A DNA stretch of 63,179 bases, filler included, from Collodictyon triciliatum (lineage: Eukaryota), in assembly GCA_043381765.1 (NCBI GenBank). It is 11 parts of 11 records of this genome, joined end to end, with 100 filler letters (N's around TTAATTAATTAA, not from the genome) between each part and the next. Parts side by side here need not be neighbours in the genome. Positions count along the whole stretch, not along the records: positions 33,555 to 39,570 come from JBHJMP010004767.1; positions 39,671 to 45,684 come from JBHJMP010004768.1; positions 45,785 to 51,795 come from JBHJMP010004769.1; 8 more parts are not named here. One strand, written 5' to 3'. Position 1 is the stretch's first letter, and the number at the start of each line of letters is the position of its first letter. The notes below the pieces were generated by a model, which was not told the origin of the DNA, did no database searches, and saw only the letters and a program-made list of their open reading frames with translations. The position numbers were made by a program, and so were the translations under genes. This document shows, piece after piece, positions 36,901-49,211 of this stretch.

Positions 36901-39296
36901 CAGATCGCTTTGATGGTCAAATCACTGTTTTATTTCATGTTGATCATCGTGATGATTTTCTTTGTGTCTTCGCTCCCATTTCTATCCATTTTTGGAACAC
37001 ATAATCAGTCCTCGTCGTCCATATCCTCTGCAATTGCCACGATGGCACCCAGCATACTTGACGATTTTGATCAAGATAGCCTATACTCCAAGTTTCTGCT
37101 GGGCAAGTGTGTGGTATTTATTTTCTTGATAACGATATCTGTGATTATCAAGAACTACAGTATCGCGCATATGTCAGATGTTGCAACCAATATCATGGTT
37201 AGGTCGAAAGAAATTTACATCAGCCGTTTCACAAAGGAGGTCTGGACCTACACTTATTCGTATTCCCCACCACCTCTGAATGTTTTTGGGCTACTGTCAC
37301 ACAATGTCCGCTTCTATTATACTTCGCTGGGTCAAAAATTCATTGATGACGTATTTTCAATGATTCACTTCCGCTTTCGCACGTATCACTCTCTCGTCGA
37401 TCACACCTGTGAGTTCAAGGAGAGACTGGGGTATTCTATTGTCATTCCTGGCTCACAACTGATAAAGTACTATTTACTGGAGGCAGACCGTTATATTTTT
37501 TGGAACATTGCAACTGTTCTATTTGGCATTGGAGAATTCATCGAGCCATACATCAATAAAGTCCTTATGTTACTTCTCCAGTTTGTAGCCAAAATCGTGG
37601 GTGTTCAAAGTCTCGGTTTTGAGCATAATCAAAAGCGCGTACTTATTCGGATGGCACCTCTGACGTATTCCATATTCCGTTTCTTTTGGTTTATTGGCTT
37701 CTTTGTGTACCCTTTCTCTTATTTGTATGACGTTTTAACAGTTAAGAAAAGGGTATGTTTATTGAATTTCACTTAATATGTATCAAATGATTATGTAATC
37801 TCATTTGTGTTGAAACGAAACAATTGTTGTTCTTTTTCTCATTCTCTGCAAGAGTTATTGTGCTTTATGTATTTATGTCATGCCTTTCATATTAAAAATG
37901 AATGCAAATTGTTAAAACAAATATGCTTCTCTATTTAGTATCTAAAGGGAAGCAAAGGAGTAAAATCATTAGCCAGTAAATTTTATAATTCTCTTTCAAG
38001 ATTTTTCTCATACATGCACTTTCTCTCTGTAGAATATACACTATCATACCATATCTTTATTTTGAATAATCCTTGATAACCAGTCGATTTCAATCCTGAA
38101 GTAAAACCATGTCTATTTATTTATTTATTTATTTTTTCACGACTTTTTTTTTGGTAGCCACAAAGTTCCTGTCGCCTGTCCAGAACCCTGACGCATCCAT
38201 CCTCAGCGAATACAGCACTACAATCCTAGACACAGAATATCAACAGTTCTATGCAGAAATCTATCTTATCAAAACAAAAAGCAGCCATTTTTACATAGAG
38301 GATGCAACTACAAATACCCCTATAGCCATATTGCGCATTATACCTGATGAAATTAGTACCGAACTTGGAGAGGAGGCATATGACAGAACCATGACACATA
38401 CAATCTCTGTGCCAGACCGAACAAACATCGGGGTTGGAGTAAACTTTGAGGACAGGACATACTACATCACTCGCAACGGCATTTGCATCTACTGCAAAGA
38501 CATCCCATCAAGTAGTCGCACCAAACTCCAAATCCGTGCGACCACGACAGGGTTTGCCATGATTACAACAGACCCTGAAATGCAGCAATACATCACCCCT
38601 CAAATCACAGCAGTGGAGAGTGAGCTCGTTAGACACGTACCTGTGGGCGGCATCGCAGAGAGGCGCCTAGTCTACGGCAACTACATCATCAACACCGACC
38701 AATATCAAGACCCCAAGTTTGTGGGGGCATCTTTCCTTGTCTCAAAAGGCCATACAGGTGATGACGAGGGACAAGATACGTCTCAAAGACAACAGCAGCC
38801 AGACCTGCTTACGCTTGTGACTCGACGATTTCTTTGCGAGTTCCGTGTTCGCTTCTTTGCTGTCCAGGCATTGCACCCGAGTATTATCCAAAACGCCACC
38901 ACTGTTGGCTTCTATGAGAGCTTCACCGGCTCTGTAGACAAGCAGACAACACTCTTCCAGGTTCGAATGGAAATGAACGAAGAGTTGGTTTCCCGCTATG
39001 GAACAACCGGAGCCAAAGAGGCCATTGATGATGGAGCAGTCCGAACGAAGGCAACAAACATCACCAACATTGTATGTGGAGTGGATATCATCTTTGGCGT
39101 CTTCTTTTTCTATGCTTTCGGTAGAGACAAGAAACTTTTGGCGCACAACAGGATTCCCTTTAGCCCAGCCGATGATATCTTCCTTACTCCGTTTATCCAC
39201 TCGCCAACCAATGCAGAAATCACCGAGTGCAGCTACTGCGAAGACGCCCCTGATTCATCCGAGGAGACCATCCGTGATATCATCATGTCGGCCTAG
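33970..39296 (+). CDS. LRR - polycystin-2/TRPP-type cation channel - SPRY-like protein, about 1650 aa (exons 33970-37752, 37939-37975, 38158-39296)
   Basis: N-terminal LRRs (LTRLNLESNTDLKKLPDSLGKLDNITYLNL); a polycystin TOP domain (PARLRVLRV, GRAALYHGGGY, LKENGYIDYQTRGLIVDY); TM helices (YFGELANWIDL, GLRVFPYF); and a C-terminal IGVGVNFEDRTYYITRNG (SPRY-like). An upstream exon is possible. Confidence 0.8.
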
Positions 39297-39475
39297 TCCT
39301 GCGCTCTTGCGCACCCTTTCATGATTCTCCTTCATCTCCGCCCTCCTCGAACCCCCTGCAAGGGCGGTGAGACGTGCTGCCCACTTACTCAAAGCCTGTC
39401 TTTCTCTGAATAAAACAGAGCCTAACCCAGCCGTGTCTTATTTGTGCTTGGAGTGGATGTATTTCATGAGATTCC

Positions 39476-39476
<1 letters not shown>

Positions 39477-39570
<94 letters not shown>
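39477..39570. repeat. (TTA)n microsatellite at contig end
   Basis: Perfect trinucleotide array. Confidence 0.9.
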
Positions 39571-39749
39571 NNNNNNNNNNNNNNNNNNNNNNNNNNNNNN
39601 NNNNNNNNNNNNNNTTAATTAATTAANNNNNNNNNNNNNNNNNNNNNNNNNNNNNNNNNNNNNNNNNNNNAATAATAATAGTAATAATAATAGTAATAAT
39701 AATAGTAATAATAATAGTAATAATAATAGTAATAATAATAGTAATAATA

Positions 39750-39780
<31 letters not shown>

Positions 39781-40372
39781 TGGTAATTGTAATAGTAAAG
39801 TTTGTAATTTTATCCCTTATAATTGTCAATATTGAAGAATACAAAGTGCGATATACTTTCACTCATATTACCCTTATTGACAGAGGAACAAGGCAAAAAG
39901 TTTACCCTAACGATATGTAGACTTAGAATATCACATTTTAAAATTTTGCAATACTTTTATTTTCTACAAGATGCGAGATAGAAATGAACATTTTGAACGG
40001 GCGGCATAAGACTACAACAGCATATTATGGGGACATCGCGCGTCCCTCCTACAGTACTGATGGAGCGCCCCAGCAAGACTGAGAGACAATCACTCAGATG
40101 GCAACCTCGATGTTAATCTATAAAGCTTAGCCCTTCTCACCAATTTTCTCTGCACAAAATCAACTTCATTTTTAATTTTGAAGATACGTTATTTTCTTCT
40201 TGCGTAGGGGAGGTATTTCCGTGTTCTTGTGAATAAAATTATGACATACTCGAGATACATCCCCATTGTAGAAGCGAGTAATTAAAGACTCAGTTATACT
40301 AATACTAATACTAGTGGTAAAAGATTTTCTGATTGTTCTCGGATGCTTGTTTATTGGTTTCTAACATATCTT

Positions 40373-43300
40373 TTACTTTGCTATGTAGTACTGGTTCGTT
40401 TTTGGGTCATAGTAGCAATTCAAAGATGGGTCGTAAAATAGTTCGCGCCCTTGTTTCGAGTTTCGGCCTGGTGCGGGGTTTCGTTCATACCTTTTAGCAA
40501 AGACAGTATCAATATTAAGCTGCGGCTTATATTCAAAGAAGTGCTGTCATTATCAAAGCGATACAATTTTCATCATATAGTACTTTCTAAGTAACACGAA
40601 GAGGCAACATACTATTCTTCAAAAAAGTAAGCTATCTCCAAACTAGAAAAAGGGTATAAAACTTCGTTCTTCAATGGTGAATGAGTATTTCTTATCCTTA
40701 CGACGATGGCTGGTAGAGCTCGGGATTAAATCCTGACTTTTGAGAATCATCTTCTTTTGCGATGGTAGGTCTGTTAATAAGGTGATTAAGCTTAATCAAG
40801 AAAAATAAAAGGGTAAGATACTTTCAAAACATTTTTATTGAAGAAATAGAAATAAATGCTTGCATATACATAAATTTGTTTTCCTGAGTCGTTTTGGACA
40901 ACCGAAGGTCATCAAAAGAATCGAGCGGATTGTATTGTGACGATATTTCAAAACAATCCGAGGATTGATCCACTCTATACATTGATATAGATTTATAAAC
41001 ATGAAACATTTCAAAAAAAAAGACTTATATCGATTAATCAGAAGGGATTCCTCCATTTGTCCAATTATTTTAAAAATAAATGATTCATTGTCAGTATACA
41101 ATGATGAAATAGTGGATGATTGAAGGCTTTGCTTGCTCGGATACTGTGCCCTCCTTTGGACTCCATAGGCAAACTGTGTGTTTGAGAATAAGTACAATAA
41201 TGAATCCGCTCTAATGAATATTTCTTTTTGTGATAATTTTTTCTTTTAGAAAAAAAAAGGATATCCCACGCTTGTGTAGATGGTAATTATTTTACGTCAA
41301 AGTCTCCTCTTTCCATAAATTCTGAACCATCATAAGAGATTCCTAGAACAGTATCATTTTCCTCTACTTGATCATCAATCCGAAGTCTATTTAAGTCGAG
41401 ATGGTGGGCTCTTCTGAATATAAAGTTAGTAATGTATTTTTGACTATTTCGAATATCATTATCAGTTACATTAAAATAGAAAGGAAAGAAAGACATGCTG
41501 TCGAAATTAGTTGCCAACTGAAGCTAAAATTGCTGAAGCCGAATGCGGTTTATGTAGTGCAATATTAATAGATATATACTAACCTTTGAGTGGGGTAGCG
41601 AGATGACATTTTGTGGGGCTCCGGGCCCTCATACTCATGATTATCGCTTTTGTGTATCGTTATATGACGATATAGGGCACCATCTTCGCTCTCTTTATTC
41701 GCCTACACAAAATTTTAAGGAAAGGGGTTATTGCATCTGTTATTGTCCGTCAATACTATGACATGTTCAAATGAGAGTGGGGTTATTATGTTGTATAGAG
41801 TTGATATGTGGTTGGTAGCAGTAAGAATTAAATGGCTGTCTGTTCGCCTTTATTTTATTTTTAAAAATTGGTCGTGTGACAATGGCAATTACAAGAACGA
41901 TGACAATTACAATTACAATGACAATGACAATGACAATGACAATGACAATGACAATGACAATGACAATGACAATGACAATGACAATGATGATGATAGCAGT
42001 AGCATGCAAACGAGAGAAACTCTTTTAAATTCATTAAAAGCTATCCAAACTTAAACCATAAAACAATTTTAAGATATCATCACATATTCATGGCTAGCAT
42101 TACATCTGAGTTCTCGTGCACAGTAAAGCTGAAATCGTCTTGGTTTTGGTCGTCAATGCCACCATCTTGGTCGTATTCATCATCATAGTTTTGTTTGAGA
42201 GGCTGAGGAGAATATTCATAGTCAAGTTTTGGAGTTGAATCATAATCTTTGGGAGAATACCGAGGTCTGTATCAGGCATAATTCAAGATGAGTGGGCTAA
42301 TCGTAGATTATCTTTTTTTTTTTAAAGAGGCATTGAAAATAAAACAAAAATTCGTAAAATTATTTATTTATTATTAATCATTATCATCAATACATGTCAT
42401 ATGTGCTCTTCTATATATCTGAATAAAATATTACAAAGGAGGGGATGAAGAAAGATGGACAGCAACGTATGGTTTTTCATATTCAGTTATGGCTAACTGG
42501 TCATCTTTTTTGTAAGGATAGTGAGTAGGGAACAATTCTGAATGTCTTGTATCCTCGTTGTTCTCTAAAAATTCGTTTACATGTTTAGTTACATGTTCAT
42601 TCACAAAATCGTCATCTCCCAAGGACAGGTCAGAGCGCAACGAAATATTGCTCTTGTGAAGCGAGGGTTGGTGTTTTTCGGTACTGGCAGGATGTTTTTG
42701 ACCTTCATTGGCATGAATCTGTGCTTTTTCGCAATGCACCTTTGATAAAGTTGAGCCTGAAGCTAAATTGCGACCTGAAAATGATGATATCGACGAAGAT
42801 AATGACGACAACTTTTGCTGACTCCCACCAGAGATGATTGGTGCATGTTGCGAGTTCATCAAATCAACACCGGATTGCACTGGAATCAAATTCACATCAT
42901 TATGTTTTTGCTGAGAAATGACGGCCTCTTTGTTCAGATTTGCTGTTGATGGCGCCCTAATTCTTGGTGCTGAGGCTTTAAGAATCAATTTACAATTAAC
43001 AGTTTGCAAGAAAAACTCCGCTATTCAGTTACCAAAATGCCAATATTTACTCTCTTACGATTTCAATCATTATCCAAAGAATTTATATTTATTTAAACAT
43101 TAAGTAAAGAAGAGGATGTATTTTGAGATATTACATGGTCTAGCCTTCGGTATTTTGCTTTGGGCTGTGCTCGCGTTGAACTTGATAGATAAAGAGACGA
43201 TATATAAAAAAAAAAAAAAGAAGTAAGGTGCTTCACTCTGGTATTGAAAATAAAATAAAAATCACAATCACCAATCGAAATACCTTTGTCACTGAGGTCT

Positions 43301-45346
43301 GCGAAGTCTCTACCGTCGGGGGTTTACTCCGAGGTGCTGTGATTTTGTAATAAATAGCATGGTATTACAAAAAGACTTCCTGTTTCAAAGATGAAAAATT
43401 CATCTGTATTATGTGTATGTTACATTCGAAGGATCGATAAGATGAGCTAAATAAAGCATACTATTTGTTCTTGGCGTTTGTTTTTTTGGAGTCGATGATA
43501 TAGAAGGCTCTCGAGACTCAAAATGGACTAGAAATGAAGTACCGACGTTATTTAATTATTTTTTTTTAAAAAAAAACCAACTAAAATTTTGAACTTTTTA
43601 CAATTTCTGTCTTCATGAAGATCAGGTGCTACAATTGAGATCGACCTTGAAACCTTCTCCATTATGTATAACTATGAAAGAGTCCGAAAGTTAAAAGCTA
43701 AACATATGTAGTTTTTTTTTTGTAGTAGTAAAACGATCTTTACATACAATAAGGAATAACCAATTGTAATTATTTTTTCGATGGAATATTTTTTCAATCA
43801 CCTGAGTGTTTGATGATACTCCAGATGGGTAATCAAGACTTTTAGGTATAACATCATAGGTGACAGATTTTGTGGATGTGACATCTTCGAAACCTATTTT
43901 TTTTTATACCTCAGGTCAATGTTAACAATTATTATGATGTTGAATTAAAATCAAGGAGATTTGGTTTCGAATTGTGTTTGTTCAACAATTAAAGTATAAA
44001 CCATCGTTCCCACTATCCAGAGGACAGTTCTTCATTGTGAATATGCGACGTATTTTGCAATGTGGGCTGATAATAATCATTTCTAAGGTTCTAAATTGAA
44101 CACCTTTCCAACAGTGCTCCACAATGTTTGGAAGGTCAAACACGAGGTTTAGCCACTGGTATGTGTTCAAAATTATATGTAAAAAATGAATAATCTTTGC
44201 ATAAGTTGCATATGCTTTATCCATCTATTTGGTCGGGTAGTTAAAATGAACCACAAGTGGTTTGTATAAAAGAAGTCATGAATAATAGTAGTAAAAACCT
44301 CGTTTCGCTTGATAATTCCGACAGGCAAGCGACAATGCAATGCAGTAGATGAAATATCCTTTGCAGAGGATGACAAAATAAGGCGACGTTTGTTTTTATC
44401 CAGGTCTGTGATGCTATTTTTGCATTATCAGAATATCAAAAAGACCAATGATAAGTTTATTAAAGTGTATGGATTGGACATGACAAATTGGCGTGAGTAA
44501 GAAATGGAACATAGAAAACATACCTGAGCTCTATTCCGAAATTTTGTCCGATAGGAATGAATATTTGAAAGATTAGATATGGCTGAATAAGTCCGACTGC
44601 ATTTGTGATGGTTTGATAAGACAAAGTTAATTTGAGTGTACTAGAAAATTTAATATAACCACCCTGATGTATATTTTTCCCAGAAAAGTATTCAGCACAA
44701 CAACCAAATGAAAACTGGATCAGATGTAATGACACATCAATGCGCTCAACCAAAAAAAAAAATAAATAAATAGAAGAAAAAAAGAAGCATACACTTACCT
44801 CCTTTCTTCTCGTCTGTAGGGAGCTGCATCCTGGTTTGGGCGTTTCCCTCGACGACATAAACGTATCCTTTCGATGCACGGTCAAACTCCTTTCTGATAC
44901 TGTTTGGCCCACCTCCTGCTTGTATCTTCCACCCGGCTAACGGGCTGCTTCCTTGTGCAGTGAATATCTCAAACGTTGGGCCGCTTTGGTAGTCACTCCG
45001 AAAGTTCTATCATGTGGGATATTACAATTAGAAACATAGTATCATGTGATTCATTACAGGAGATACCACTAAATGCAAAGACAAATCATGTTATCAAGTC
45101 CTTCAGATGCCTGGAAATCAAAAATATTCAATAATGCGAGGTAGAAAGAAGTGATATAGATATATCAAGAGATAATTGGATATAAAAATAAATCTATTTG
45201 TAAGAGATAGAGTATTGATATGAAAATGAAAACAAGAAAAAAAAGGTAATCATATGAAAGAAATGTCTTTGATGTTTCGTTCGTTCTCTATATTGGTGTT
45301 CAATTACAAAAGTCAGGTTGGGAAAGTAAACCTGGAGCAAGGACAT
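40373..45346 (-). CDS. CFAP20DC: CFAP20-domain-containing protein (C3orf67-like), multi-exon
   Basis: N-terminal CFA20 domain YQSGPTFEIFTAQGSSP...GLIQPYLIFQIFIPIGQNFGIEL..ITDLDKNKRRL...WLNLVFDL...CKIRRIFTMK, a low-complexity middle, and the C-terminal ELFYDPSLNCYYDPKTNQYY motif. Internal exons were not all resolved. Confidence 0.8.
41915..41987. repeat. (GACAAT)n microsatellite
   Basis: Hexamer tandem array, intronic. Confidence 0.85.
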
Positions 45347-45521
45347 ATCTTTCTTATCTCCTGAAAAACGGGCGATACTTTCGGAGCTAATGCTAGTGTT
45401 TGCAGCCGTGGATCATTCAATGCGTACAAACGGGAAGAAAAATGTCATGATTTATTTTGCTTCTTAGGTTTTATGGAGAGAGAAAAAAAATAAAGGGTAC
45501 GGGTGATGCTTCTGTTGTTTA

Positions 45522-45600
<79 letters not shown>

Positions 45601-45784
45601 TTTCTTTCTTTTTCATTCTTTTCTTTCTTTTTCTTTCTTTTTCTTTCTTTTTCTTTCTTTTTCTTTCTTTTTCTTTCTTTTTCTNNNNNNNNNNNNNNNN
45701 NNNNNNNNNNNNNNNNNNNNNNNNNNNNTTAATTAATTAANNNNNNNNNNNNNNNNNNNNNNNNNNNNNNNNNNNNNNNNNNNN

Positions 45785-45890
45785 TTCTTTGTTTCTTTGT
45801 TTCTTTGTTTCTTTGTTTCTTTGTTTCTTTGTTTCTTTGTTTCTTTGTTTCTTTGTTTCTTTGTTTCTTTGTTTCTTTGTTTCTTTGTTT
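45785..45890. repeat. (TTTCTTTG)n tandem repeat
   Basis: Octamer array at the contig start. Confidence 0.9.
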
Positions 45891-47375
45891 CTTTTTTCAG
45901 TCGCCATCTCGTACTTTGATGAGAAGTGGGAAGGAAAAGGGACAGATGCTGTTTTAAAGAAATTCTTTGGTGCTTGTTTTGTCATTTTTTATAGAGAAAA
46001 AAAAAAGAAAAATCTTATTCCTTATTGGCGCAGAAAGCCTCCTAGAGAACCCGGCTCTTTTCTCTAAACAAGTAATTAGTCCTTGTGAGATGGCAAAGGA
46101 ATATCTCATTATAAGTACGGAACAATCCACACCCATGAGAATGGTGCGAGCCCATATATTCCAGATTCTCAATAACAGGTTTTTTTTTCTCTGGTTTAGA
46201 TATCTTGAATTGGGATACACTCCAAAAAAAAATGATGAAATGAATTATTCAAAAGCTCTGGTGTTTGGAGTTATCATGAATTTTCATAAATTTTGATTGT
46301 TTTTTTTTTGTTGGACTTGTATTGGGTTGCTTCGTAAATATATATGTGCCGATTCATCACCAACGTGTGTCTCTTGAGTGGCATACACATAAATGAAAGA
46401 AAAAAATTAACCCAGCTTATCGAGGTACATTGACCTAAGAGAGGAGCTCAGGCAGTCCACTGCAACCGTGGATTATGTTTCAGTGATCGAAAAGATAGAG
46501 AAACGGGAGGCGGGCCAGAATTGATGAAGTATAGAAAATGGTTATTTAAAGAGACAGTGAAGAAACCCGACGGGATTAAGCAGAATAAATGAGTTTATCA
46601 TTTCCTTTTTCACCTTATTCCCTTTGGTTTGGTGGGAAGCACCACCAGCCTGTGCTATGTTTAATTGTGGAAAATATGATATAAATATTTAGTTACTATA
46701 AAGCTCATCGAAAGCGATAAATCATATTCATATGTCAAATTTACGCATATAATTATTGTTTTATAATGTATATAGCAAATTGACCCATATAGAGATTCTC
46801 ACTTTGTCAAGTGCGCTGAAAATGTCGTTGTGAAGCGGTGGAACCCTGGTTGCGGTTATAGCCAGTGGATTATTCAAACATTCAAACATTCAAACAAGAA
46901 AATGTCCAAAATAAGCAATTATGGTGGCTTGTGGTGACGAATCTCCTTGTAATTGCTGCGAAACACAATGTGGTCAGTTTCACCACAGAACACAACGCCG
47001 CAGTATAAGAACGAAAAGTGGGCTCAGCAACTCCACAGTCACATAGACTTGTATCAAATTCTTCACTCGAGGAAAGGTTTTGTCGAATCAGCAACGAACC
47101 AAAGAGAAGGCCAGAAGAGTGTAGTGTGATCGAACGTGCTTGGCGAAATGATCAGTTACTGGCGCCAGGGAGGAATGTGTGCTAGTAACGTTAAGAGCCC
47201 AAAGACAAGAAGTCATAGTAGACCAAGCAAACACGGAGACACCCCATACTCTCCTTGAGACACAATAAGGACCAAATATGTGTCTATAGGGAAGCATTTC
47301 ATAAAGAAGCTCGACTCACCTCTATATTCTCTCCCTCCCTCTAGACTTTCGATCTCCAAAGAAACAGCCCAACCA

Positions 47376-49211
47376 ATGGCTCAGGTAAGAGCACCCACTC
47401 AACGAACTTACCACTTCAATCTATCACAATAAAAGAAATTTTCTCACCTGCTGAACAGCCCCCCCTCCCCTCCACGACCGAACACCCCTCCACTTGCATC
47501 CCAACCTTACTCATCCCGTCATAACCAACACGACCAACACACAGTTCGAGGGAGACGGCAAGCGCCGCGTCCACTTCTTCTGGTTCCTCCTGTACCAGAT
47601 TGCCATGATCATCATCTTCCGCCTGTGCACGACATACGAAGAGCTGAACTACAACGACTACATGGCCGTCTACCGCGACTACATCCACTACTCGCACATC
47701 ATCCTGGCGATCGCCGGCTACCTGTTCATCTACGGCACCTCGGTACCTCTCCTTCTGCCCCAACTGCCTGCCCCTCCTCCCCCAAAGCCCCCACAGACCC
47801 GCCCACTAACCCTGCGCCTTGCACCGGACAGACCAAGGGCGGCTACACCAACATCCTCAACGGCTTCTTCCTGACGGGCGCCGTGCTGCAGTGGGGCCTG
47901 CTGATCTTTGAGTTCTGGAAGCGCGTGTCGAACGACGACTGGAACACGGACCTCGTGCTGGGGATCAACCACATGCTGTACGGATCATACGCGGCGGTGG
48001 CGGTGCTGATCACGGCGTCGATTGTGAGCGGCTACGCCTCGACGGTGCAGCTGTTCCACCTTGCGGGCGTGGAGGTTGTGCTGTACGGGCTCAACATCTA
48101 CATCAACTACCGCCAGCTCAACTCGCCGGCGTGGGAGCACCACCTGTGGGTGCATCTGTTTGGGGCGGTCTACGGGCTGGGCGCGCTGGTGGGGCTGAAG
48201 CGCACGGTGAGCGCGGAGGCGGCGGGCAGTGGCCACGAGGCGTCGCACCTCAGCAACGCGCTGGGGCTGGTGGGCCTTGCGCTGGTCTTTGTCTTCTTCC
48301 CCTCGTACAACGCCGCGCTGCACCACGTGCAGAGCCAGTCGATCGTCGTGGCCAACACGTACCTGGCCCTGGCCTCGTCCGCCGTCGTCTCGTTCTTCAT
48401 GAGCGTTGTCCTGCAGGACGGCACCCTCGACATTGCGCGCATCCGCAACAGCACCCTGGCCGCCGGCGTCGCCCTGTCCTCGTCCATCGCCAACCTCGAC
48501 GGCCCGGCCGCCGCTGCCGGCGTGGGCCTCGTCACCGCCATTGCCGCCGCCGCCCTCTACCGCCTCGACGCCAAGCTGGGCGACTCGTCCCACGCCTTCT
48601 CGACACACTTCACCGGCGCCCTGGTCGGCGCCGTCGGCACCATGGTCTCGCTGGCCCACCACCACTACGAGGCTAACTTCTTTGGCAACCGCTTCACCGA
48701 CGTCTACCCCTCGGCCGGCGACGCCGCCTCCAACCACGTCGCCTCCTTCTTCATCACCATCGGCATCGCCCTCCTCGCCGGCCTCATCTCGGGCTTCCTC
48801 TTTGCCGCAAAGCCCTGGTTCCCCAAGGCCAACGACTCCGCCAACGTCGACGCCGACTACATCGCCGACCAGTACGACACCCCCGCCCCCGCCCCCGCCC
48901 CCAAGACCCGCGAGATCGTCCTCCCGCCCCCGGCCCCCATCTACGTCGCCCCGACCCCTGTGCCTGTCGCCCCCGTCCCCGTCCCCGCCCCCGTCCCCGT
49001 CGTCACCCGCACCATCCTCGCCGGCTACGGCCCCGAGCAGACTGCCACGTGGCTCCGCTCCGTCGGCCTCGTCCACTCCGCCGCCCAGGTCACCAAGGAC
49101 AACATCACCGGCCAGGACGTCCTTGACTCCCCCGCCGACAACCTCAACAACTACTTTGGGGTCGAGGATGGCTCCCGCATCTGGTCAGAGATCGGCCACA
49201 TGGCCCCCTAA
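47376..49211 (+). CDS. Rh-type ammonium transporter family protein with Pro-rich linker and C-terminal SAM-like domain, 528 aa (exons 47376-47384, 47545-47742, 47832-49211)
   Basis: Rh-like motifs VLQWGLL, AVAVLIT, WVHLFGAVYG, FFPSYNA, NTYLALASS, IRNSTLAAGVA and THFTGALVG. The tail YGPEQTATWLRSVGL...DNITGQDVL...DGSRIWSEI fits a SAM domain. Confidence 0.85.
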
